The notes under the pieces were generated by a model. That model ran no database searches. It was given only the letters and a program-made list of their open reading frames with translations, and was not told the DNA's origin. Both the position numbers and the translations under genes were made by a program. Of a stretch of 64,000 nt of DNA, positions 53,501 through 64,000 are shown piece after piece. Where the stretch lies: assembly GCF_023055435.1 (NCBI RefSeq), contig NW_025964112.1:25234001-25298000 (forward strand), written 5' to 3'. Positions within the stretch are counted from its first letter, which is position 1, and every line of letters starts with the position of its first letter. The stretch comes from Haliotis rufescens. Its lineage: Eukaryota.

Positions 53501-54589
53501 ATGAGACGAAAATACTATTTACTTGGGACTTTTGTAATTATCATGATTATCATTGCTTTCATGAAACGTAAACCCACAGATAGACGGGAATGGGACCCGC
53601 ATTATCTAATTAGTAAACCCCGTAAAGGAGGGGGACCGTATGTGAGACATTTTCATGGAAACATTAGACGCGGTGCAGTACCCCAAGTATCAATACTTCT
53701 GTGGACGCCATGGTTCAAGGATGTCAATTGGGCGGCGAATTTCTCAACAATATTCGATATGTGTGATTATAAATGTCATTTGACCAAGGACAAAACACGT
53801 CTGCGGGAAAGTCAAGCAGTTTTGTTTCATGCTCAAGACTTGGACATTCTGCCCCTGCATCGCCTATCAAACCAAGTGTGGATATTTCATACTAGAGAAG
53901 CTCCGCCGAATGCAGCAGACAATTTTGACAAATATGCCAATATTTTTAACTGGACCAGTACATATAGACGTGACAGTGAAGTGTATTCCTCATACGGTGG
54001 AACATTTAGAAGAGAATTTCCTAATCGTGGTGTGAAAAACTTCGCAAGCACAAAAAGCCTCGGTGTGGCATGGGTAGCGAGCAATTGTAATGACCAGGCG
54101 AAACGGGCAAACCTTGTGAGGGAACTGAGGAAATTCATTCATGTTGACACCTTTGGAGACTGTGGTGAAATGAATCTCAAAGCAGACAAAACGGACCAAG
54201 TATTGAAACACTATAAGTTTTATCTGGCCTTTGAGAATAGCTACTGTCGCGACTATATCACAGAAAAATTCTGGTCGTCCCTGCATAGACACCAGATACC
54301 TATAGTATCGGGAGGGGGTGATTACACTCGCGTTGCCCCACCACACTCCTTTATCAACGTTCTAGAGTACCAAAGTACAGAGGAACTGGCAGAATACATC
54401 AAATATCTAGATCAAAACGACCAAGCTTATAATGAATATCTTGAGTGGACAGGAGAATATTATGTAAAGAAACTAAATCTGGACTCAGTGCTGTGTGATA
54501 TTTGTACATCACTCCATATTGATATGAGGACTTCTCAGGTATATACTAACCTACAAGGTTATATGGAAGATGACATCTGCGGTAGATAG
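53501..54589 (+). CDS. Alpha-1,3-fucosyltransferase (glycosyltransferase family 10), 362 aa
   Basis: Type II N-terminal TM helix, ILLWTPWF, AVLFH, EAPP, FNWTSTYRRDSE, WVASNC and the signature YKFYLAFENSYCRDYITEKFW. Uninterrupted ORF, candidate acceptor at 53159 and AATAAA at 54697. Confidence 0.95.
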   Translation: MRRKYYLLGTFVIIMIIIAFMKRKPTDRREWDPHYLISKPRKGGGPYVRHFHGNIRRGAVPQVSILLWTPWFKDVNWAANFSTIFDMCDYKCHLTKDKTRLRESQAVLFHAQDLDILPLHRLSNQVWIFHTREAPPNAADNFDKYANIFNWTSTYRRDSEVYSSYGGTFRREFPNRGVKNFASTKSLGVAWVASNCNDQAKRANLVRELRKFIHVDTFGDCGEMNLKADKTDQVLKHYKFYLAFENSYCRDYITEKFWSSLHRHQIPIVSGGGDYTRVAPPHSFINVLEYQSTEELAEYIKYLDQNDQAYNEYLEWTGEYYVKKLNLDSVLCDICTSLHIDMRTSQVYTNLQGYMEDDICGR

Positions 54590-54899
54590 TCCTACCTTTG
54601 ATATCATTTGCGCGCCAACGAAATGATTACATTGAGATATGAACAACTGAATAGCTATATATTGATTCATGTATTATTCACAAACCAGCTTTCTGGAATA
54701 AACCTGATTAGTTTGTCAATCCACGATACTTTATCCAAGTTTGACTGACACATGTCGTGCCGTTTCCAAGTATCGTATCAAAATACGTGCCTTAACCTGT
54801 GAAACGTTATCATATTTGACACTATTGGATTAACAACATATTTCTTTCATTCTGCCATATACATTCAATGATCAGAAAGTTGTATTTAGGATGATGAAT

Positions 54900-56206
54900 G
54901 CAATGAGTATAAGGGGAATACTTCTATGAATACACAACTTCTTTATTACAATGAACTACACTAATTGTGGCGTTTCGGTATAGACACACTTAGCAAGCAA
55001 GTGACATCATTATTTCTGTCCATCTTACTCCTTCTGCTCATCGTACAGTTGTGATTTACTTGATTTCATTCTTTGCTTGTGTTTGGGGCCAGTACTTCAA
55101 TGTTTCACAGTCTGTGATTAGAAGACTATGGATCCGGTACCAACAAACCCAAAATGTTGACGATCGACCCTGTTCAGAGTGTCCCAGGTCAACGACACCA
55201 ATACATAAGCGATTGATCCGAAACCAGGCTCTACGAAATCGAGCTCAAACGGCGAATATAATTGCTGCAAACTTTCATCAGGCAACTAGAGAAGGAGTTA
55301 TGGGTCAGACAGTGAGAATTTGTCTACATGCAGCTCATCTCCATGCTCGACGTCCACGTGTTGTGTCGCCCTTTACATATCGCCACAGAAGTTGGTGTGC
55401 ACAACGTCGAAACGTCTAATCGTAACTCGTCACGTGTCACATTTTCATATGAGTTCCGATTTACTTTGCACTTCCTTGATAGGCGTGGTCATGTCTGGTG
55501 ACGTCAAAATGAACGTCAAGCTAATTTCAACTTGGGACCAAATGACAGATTTAGGGGTGGGTCGGTTATGGTGTGACCGAACCCCACTCCATTTTGTGCA
55601 AGGAAGGGTCATTGGACAGTGCTATCAGGAAAAACATGCTGAGATCTCTCGTTGGTCGACGTTGTGTCTTGCAGGATGACAACCCGCGTGCTCACCGTGC
55701 GCGAATCGTAAATTTCAGCTCCACCAGCATGGCATCCATACAAAGTCTATGTCAGCAACGAGCCCACCTCTTACCCTCATTGAACACGTCTGGGACATGA
55801 AGTGTTGATACTGGGTGACGTGTGCGTCAACGACATAGGAAGCCGAACACGTTGGTTGAACTTGGCCATACGCTGCAAGCGGAGTGGGACAGACTCCCTC
55901 AAATCGCCATTGGGAGACTCATACGTAGTATGCCTCGTCGATTGAGTGAATGTTTGACAAATGGTGGCAGTATTTCGCACTACAGATCCAAAAATGTCAA
56001 CTATAAAATTTCCAATGTCACCCCTTAAGTTCTTCAAGATCATTGGTAGTCATAGCATCTACTGTCATACTTCGCTTCCACTTGTAATTTGTTCCCAATG
56101 CGTATATTATTATTATCATACAACTATTACTAGAAATTAAGATCTATTACAATTTTTTAAAGTTTAAGTAATTTCCGCGTATCCCCTACTGTTTTTATAG
56201 AGTATA
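54900..56206 (+). mobile_element. Decayed Tc1/mariner transposon
   Basis: FNVSQSVIRRLW..DDRP..PRSTT, LQDDNPRAHRAR, IEHVWD and EWDRLPQ..LIRSMPRRL. A Tc1-like right end ...cccctactgtttttatagagtata is present. The left boundary is approximate. Confidence 0.8.
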
Positions 56207-56249
56207 TAAACTCAATTGACAAAACAATTTCCTCTGATTCAACTCAGAT

Positions 56250-59200
56250 TGCACCCCCAACATATAGAAGGCTGCTTGATAGGTTGATTGGACCAATATA
56301 TAGAGAAGGCTGCTTGATTTGATGATTTGACTAATACATACAGAGGGCTGCTTGATTGGTTGATTGAACTCATACATACAGAGGGCTGCTTGATTGGACT
56401 CATACATACAGAGGATCGCTTGATTGGTTAATTGGACTCATACATACAGAGGGCTGATCGATTAGTTGATTTAGCTCATACATACAGAAGGCTGTTTGGT
56501 TGGTTCATTTAACTTATACATACAGAGGGCTGCTTGATTGGTTGATTTAACTCATACATACAGAGAGCTGCTTGTTTGGTTGATTGGACCCATATATTCA
56601 GAGGGCTGCTTGATTTGATGATTGAACCCATACATACCGAGGGCTGCTTGACCGGACTCATACATACAGGGGGATGCTTGATTTGTTGATTTAACTGATA
56701 CATGCAGATGATTGATTGATTGGTTGATTTAACTCATACATACAGAGGGCTGCTTGATTAGACTTATACATACAGAGGACTACTTGATTGGTTGATTGGA
56801 CTCATACATACAGAGGGCTGATCGATTGGTTGATATAACTCATGCATACCGAGCGGTGCTTGACTGGACTCATACATACCGAGGAATGCTTGCTTGGCTG
56901 ATTGGACTCATACATACAGAGGGATGCTTGATTGGTTGATTTAACTCATACATACAGAGGGCTGCTTGATTTGTTGATTGAACCCATACATACCGAGGGC
57001 TGCTTGACCGGACTCATACATACAGGGGGATGCTTGATTTGTTGATTTAACTCATACATACAAATGGCTGCTTGATTGATTGATTGGGCTCATCTATACA
57101 GAGGGCTGCTTGATTGGTTGATTTAACTCATACATACAGAGGGCTGCTTGATTGGTTGATTGAACTCATGCATACCAAGGGGTGCTTGACTGGACTCATA
57201 CATACCGAGGACTGCTTGCTTGGCTGATTGGATTCATACATACAGAGGCATGCTTGATTGGTTGATTTAACTCATACATACAGAGGGCTGCTCAATTGGT
57301 TGATTTAACTCATACATACCGAGGGCTGCTTGACCGGACTCATGTCATACAGGGGGCTGCTTGATTTGTTCATTGGACTCATACATACAGAGAGATGCTT
57401 CATTGGTTGATTTACCTAATACATACCGAGGGCTGCTTGTTTGGTTGATTGGACTCATACATACATACAGAGGGATGCTTGTTTGGATGATTGGACTCAT
57501 AGAAACAGAGGGCTGCTTGATTGGTTGATTTAACTCATACATGCAGAGGGCTGCTTGACTGGTTGATTGAACACATACATACCGAGGGCTGCTGGACTAT
57601 ACTCATACATACAGACAAGCTTGCTTGGCTGATATAACTCATACATACAGAGGGATGCTTGATTGGTTGATTTAACTCATACCTACAGAGGGCTGCTTGA
57701 CTGGTTGATTGAACACATACATACCGAGGGCTGCTTGACTGGACTCATACATACAGAGGGATGCTGGATTGGCTGATATGACTCATACATACAGAGGGAT
57801 GCTTGATTGGTTGATTTAACTCATACATACAGAGGGCAGCTTGGTTGGACTCATACATACAGAGGATCGCTTGATTGGCTGATTGGACTCATACATACAG
57901 AGGGCTGATCGATTGGTTGATTTAGCTCATACATACAGAAGGCTGTTTGGTTGGTTCATTTAACTTATACATACAGAGGGCTGCTTGATTGGTTGATTTA
58001 ACTCATACATACAGAGAGCTGCTTGTTTGGTTGATTGGACCCATATATTCAGAGGGCTGCTTGATTTGATGATTTGACTCATACATACAGATGGCTCCTT
58101 GGTTTGACTCATACATACAGAGGGCTGCTTTATTGGTTGATTTAACTGATACATACAGATGATTGATTCATTTGATTGATTTAACTCATACATACAGAGG
58201 GCTGCTTGATTAGACTTATACATACAGAGGACTACTTGATTGGTTGATTGGACTCATACATACAGAGGGCTGATCGATTGGTTGATTGAACTCATACATA
58301 CCGAGGGCTGCTCGACCGGACTCATACATACAGGGGAATGCTTGATTTGTTGATTGGACTCATACATACAAATGGCTGCTTGATTGATTGATTGGGCTCA
58401 TCTATACAGAGGGCTGCTTGATTGGTTGATTTAACTCATACATACAGAGAGCTGCTTGTTTGGTTGATTGGACCCATATATTCAGAGGGCTGCTTGATTT
58501 GATGATTGAACCCATACATACCGAGGGCTGCTTGACCGGACTCATACATACAGGGGGATGCTTGATTTGTTGATTTAACTGATACATGCAGATGATTGAT
58601 TGATTGGTTGATTTAACTCATACATACAGAGGGCTGCTTGATTAGACTTATACATACAGAGGACTACTTGATTGGTTGATTGGACTCATACATACAGAGG
58701 GCTGATCGATTGGTTGATATAACTCATGCATACCGAGCGGTGCTTGACTGGACTCATACATACCGAGGAATGCTTGCTTGGCTGATTGGACTCATACATA
58801 CAGAGGGATGCTTGATTGGTTGATTTAACTCATACATACAGAGGGCTGCTTGATTTGTTGATTGAACCCATACATACCGAGGGCTGCTTGACCGGACTCA
58901 TACATACAGGGGGATGCTTGATTTGTTGATTTAACTCATACATACAAATGGCTGCTTGATTGATTGATTGGGCTCATCTATACAGAGGGCTGCTTGATTG
59001 GTTGATTTAACTCATACATACAGAGAGCTGCTTGTTTGGTTGATTGGACCCATATATTCAGAGGGCTGCTTGATTTGATGATTTGACTCATACATACAGA
59101 TGGCTCCTTGGTTTGACTCATACATACAGAGGGCTGCTTTATTGGTTGATTTAACTGATACATACAGATGATTGATTCATTTGATTGATTTAACTCATAC

Positions 59201-62200
59201 ACACAGAGGGCTGCTTGATTAGACTTATACATACAGAGGACTACTTGATTGGTTGATTGGACTCATACATACAGAGGGCTGATCGATTGGTTGATATAAC
59301 TCATGCATACCGAGCGGTGCTTGACTGGACTCATACATACCGAGGAATGCTTGCTTGGCTGGTTGGACTCATACATACAGAGGGATGCTTGATTGGTTGA
59401 TTGAACTCATACATAAAGAGGGCTGCTCGACCGGACTCTTACATACAGGGGGATGCTTGATTTGTTGATTTAACTCATACATACAAATGGCTGCTTGATT
59501 GATTGATTGGGCTCATCTATACAGAGGGCTGCTTGATTGGTTGATTTAACTCATACATACAGAGGGCTGCTTGATTGGTTGATTGAACTCATGCATACCA
59601 AGGGGTGCTTGACTGGACTCATACATACCGAGGACTGCTTGCTTGATTGATTGGACTCATACATACAGAGGCATGCTTGATTGGTTGATTTAACTCATAC
59701 ATACGGAGGGCTGCTCAATTGGTTGATTGAACTCATACATACCGAGGGCTGCTTGACCGGACTCATACATACAGGGGGATGCTTCATTTGTTGATTTAAC
59801 TCATACATACAAAGGGCTCCTTGATTGATTGATTGGGCTCACATATACAGAGGGCTCTTTGATTGGTTGATTGGACTCATAGAAACGGAGGGCTGCTTGA
59901 TTTGTTCATTGGACTCATACATACAGAGAGATGCTTCATTGGTTGATTTACCTAATACATACCGAGGGCTGCTTGTTTGGTTGATTGGACTCATACATAC
60001 ATACAGAGAGATGCTTGATTGGTTGATTTACCTAATACATACCGAGGGCTGCTTGTTTGGTTGATTGGACTCATACATACATACAGAGGGCTGGTTGATT
60101 GGTTGATTGGACTCATACATATCGTACGTTGCTTGATTGGTTAATTTAACTCATCAATTCAGAGGGCTGCTTCATTGGACTCATACATACAGAGGGCTGC
60201 TTGATTGGTTGATTTAACTCATACATACCGAGGGCTTCTTCATTGGTTGATTTAACTCGTACATACAGAGGGCAGCTTGATTGGACTCATACATACATAG
60301 GATCGCTTGATTGGTTGATTGGACTCATACATACATAAGGCTGTTTCATAGGTTGTTTGGACTCATATATACAGAGGGATCCTTGAATGGTTGATTAGAC
60401 TCAAACATACAGAGGGCTGCTTGATTGGTTGATTGGACTCATACATACAGAGGGCTGATCGATTAGTTGATTTAGCTCATTCATACAGAAGGCTGTTTGG
60501 TTGGTTCATTTAACTTATACATACAGAGGGCTGCTTGATTGGTTGGTTTACCTCATAGAAACAGAGAGCTGCTTGTTTGGTTGATTGGACCCATATATTC
60601 AGAGGGCTGCTTGATTTGATGATTTGACTCATACATATAGATGGCTCCTTGGTTTGACTCATACATACAGATGGCTGCTTTATTGGTTGAGTTAACTGAT
60701 ACATACAGATGATTGCTGGATTGGTTGATTTAACTCATACATACAGAGGGCTGCTTGATTAGACTTATACATACAGAGGACTACTTGATTGGTTGATTGG
60801 ACTCATACATACAGAGGGCTGATCGATTGGTTGATATAACTCATGCATACCGAGCGGTGCTTGACTGGACTCATACACACCGAGGACAGCTTGCTTGGCT
60901 GGTTGCACTCATACATACAGAGGGATGCTTGATTGGTTGATTTAACTCATACATAAAGAGGGCTGCTTGATTGGTTGATTGAACTCATACATACCAAGGT
61001 CTGCTTGACCGGACTCATACATACAGGGGGATGCTTGATTTGTTCATTTAACTCATACATACAAATGGCTACTTGATTGATTGATTGGGCTCATCTATAC
61101 AGAGGGCTGCTTGATTGGTTGATTTAACTCATACATACAGAGGGCTGCTTGATTGGTTGATTCAACTCATGCATACCAAAGGGTGATTGACTGGACTCAT
61201 ACATACCGATGACTGCTTGCTTGGTTGATTGGACTCATACATACAGAGGGATGCTTGATTGGTTGATTTAACTCATACATACAGAGGGCTGCTCAATTGG
61301 TTGATTGAACTCATACATACAGAGGGCTCCTTGATTGATTGATTGGGCTCACATATACAGAGGGCTGTTTGATTGGTTGATTGGACTCATAGAAACGGAG
61401 GGCTGCTTGATTTGTTCATTGGACTCATACATACAGAGAGATGCTTCATTGGTTGATTTACCTAATACATACCGAGGGCTGCTTGTTTGGTTGATTGGAC
61501 TCATACATACATACAGAGGGATGCTTGTTTGGATGATTGGACTTATAGAAACAGAGGGATGCTTGATTGGTTGATTTAACTCATACATGCAGAGGGCTGC
61601 TTGATTGGTTGATTGAACTCATGCATACCAAGGGGTGCTTGACTGGACTCATACATACCGAGGACTGCTTGCTTGGCTGATTGGATTCATACATACAGAG
61701 GCATGCTTGATTGGTTGATTTAACTCATACATACAGAGGGCTGCTCAATTGGTTGATTTAACTCATACATACCGAGGGCTGCTTGACCGGACTCATGTCA
61801 TACAGGGGGCTGCTTGATTTGTTCATTGGACTCATACATACAGAGAGATGCTTCATTGGTTGATTTACCTAATACATACCGAGGGCTGCTTGTTTGGTTG
61901 ATTGGACTCATACATACATACAGAGGGATGCTTGTTTGGATGATTGGACTCATAGAAACAGAGGGCTGCTTGATTGGTTGATTTAACTCATACATGCAGA
62001 GGGCTGCTTGACTGGTTGATTGAACACATACATACCGAGGGCTGCTGGACTATACTCATACATACAGACAAGCTTGCTTGGCTGATATAACTCATACATA
62101 CAGAGGGATGCTTGATTGGTTGATTTAACTCATACCTACAGAGGGCTGCTTGACTGGTTGATTGAACACATACATACCGAGGGCTGCTTGACTGGACTCA

Positions 62201-64000
62201 TACATACAGAGGGATGCTGGATTGGCTGATATGACTCATACATACAGAGGGATGCTTGATTGGTTGATTTAACTCATACATACAGAGGGCAGCTTGGTTG
62301 GACTCATACATACAGAGGATCGCTTGATTGGCTGATTGGACTCATACATACAGAGGGCTGATCGATTGGTTGATTTAGCTCATACATACAGAAGGCTGTT
62401 TGGTTGGTTCATTTAACTTATACATACAGAGGGCTGCTTGATTGGTTGATTTAACTCATACATACAGAGAGCTGCTTGTTTGGTTGATTGGACCCATATA
62501 TTCAGAGGGCTGCTTGATTTGATGATTTGACTCATACATACAGATGGCTCCTTGGTTTGACTCATACATACAGAGGGCTGCTTTATTGGTTGATTTAACT
62601 GATACATACAGATGATTGATTCATTTGATTGATTTAACTCATACATACAGAGGGCTGCTTGATTAGACTTATACATACAGAGGACTACTTGATTGGTTGA
62701 TTGGACTCATACATACAGAGGGCTGATCGATTGGTTGATTGAACTCATACATACCGAGGGCTGCTCGACCGGACTCATACATACAGGGGAATGCTTGATT
62801 TGTTGATTTAACTCATACATACAAATGGCTGCTTGATTGATTGATTGGGCTCATCTATACAGAGGGCTGCTTGATTGGTTGATTTAACTCATACATACAG
62901 AGAGCTGCTTGTTTGGTTGATTGGACCCATATATTCAGAGGGCTGCTTGATTTGATGATTGAACCCATACATACCGAGGGCTGCTTGACCGGACTCATAC
63001 ATACAGGGGGATGCTTGATTTGTTGATTTAACTGATACATGCAGATGATTGATTGATTGGTTGATTTAACTCATACATACAGAGGGCTGCTTGATTAGAC
63101 TTATACATACAGAGGACTACTTGATTGGTTGATTGGACTCATACATACAGAGGGCTGATCGATTGGTTGATATAACTCATGCATACCGAGCGGTGCTTGA
63201 CTGGACTCATACATACCGAGGAATGCTTGCTTGGCTGATTGGACTCATACATACAGAGGGATGCTTGATTGGTTGATTTAACTCATACATACAGAGGGCT
63301 GCTTGATTTGTTGATTGAACCCATACATACCGAGGGCTGCTTGACCGGACTCATACATACAGGGGGATGCTTGATTTGTTGATTTAACTCATACATACAA
63401 ATGGCTGCTTGATTGATTGATTGGGCTCATCTATACAGAGGGCTGCTTGATTGGTTGATTTAACTCATACATACAGAGAGCTGCTTGTTTGGTTGATTGG
63501 ACCCATATATTCAGAGGGCTGCTTGATTTGATGATTTGACTCATACATACAGATGGCTCCTTGGTTTGACTCATACATACAGAGGGCTGCTTTATTGGTT
63601 GATTTAACTGATACATACAGATGATTGATTCATTTGATTGATTTAACTCATACACACAGAGGGCTGCTTGATTAGACTTATACATACAGAGGACTACTTG
63701 ATTGGTTGATTGGACTCATACATACAGAGGGCTGATCGATTGGTTGATATAACTCATGCATACCGAGCGGTGCTTGACTGGACTCATACATACCGAGGAA
63801 TGCTTGCTTGGCTGGTTGGACTCATACATACAGAGGGATGCTTGATTGGTTGATTGAACTCATACATAAAGAGGGCTGCTCGACCGGACTCTTACATACA
63901 GGGGGATGCTTGATTTGTTGATTTAACTCATACATACAAATGGCTGCTTGATTGATTGATTGGGCTCATCTATACAGAGGGCTGCTTGATTGGTTGATTT
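56250..64000. repeat. Composite 38/30-bp satellite CTCATACATACAGAGGGCTGCTTGATTGG(TTGATTTA)A, running off the window end
   Basis: Units are visible throughout. Identical ORF translations recur at a 4453-bp offset. Confidence 0.97.

Noticed and set aside
56195-63685. Short ORFs (MYELNQPIKQPSV...) in the terminal satellite
   Set aside because: They are translations of the repeat unit and were used only as markers of the duplication offset.

Overview
AT-rich, repeat-dense animal genomic DNA, probably molluscan (the SINE family at 4.8 kb and 36.7 kb resembles abalone repeats; this is recollection, not a search). The window has four large tandem arrays: a 21-bp unit (1-10057), a 28-bp unit (10058-12200), a 44-bp unit (48575-50800) and a 30/38-bp unit (56250-end), plus two small ones. 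The centrepiece is a decayed but end-to-end Polinton/Maverick (adintovirus-like endogenous dsDNA virus) at 12201-30423. It has AGT(A/G)GT termini, ~120-bp TIRs, integrase, protein-primed PolB, packaging ATPase, putative major and minor capsid genes and several small membrane proteins, but no visible protease. Three elements are nested inside it: a SINE, a Tc1/mariner and a younger DIRS/Ngaro-type tyrosine-recombinase retrotransposon carrying an SGNH hydrolase. Downstream are two back-to-back decayed LINEs (one holding a MITE and a SINE, each with a TSD), an SLC16/MCT-like pseudogene, a second Polinton-type integrase fragment, one intact alpha-1,3-fucosyltransferase CDS and a second Tc1 relic. 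All family assignments come from motif recognition only.
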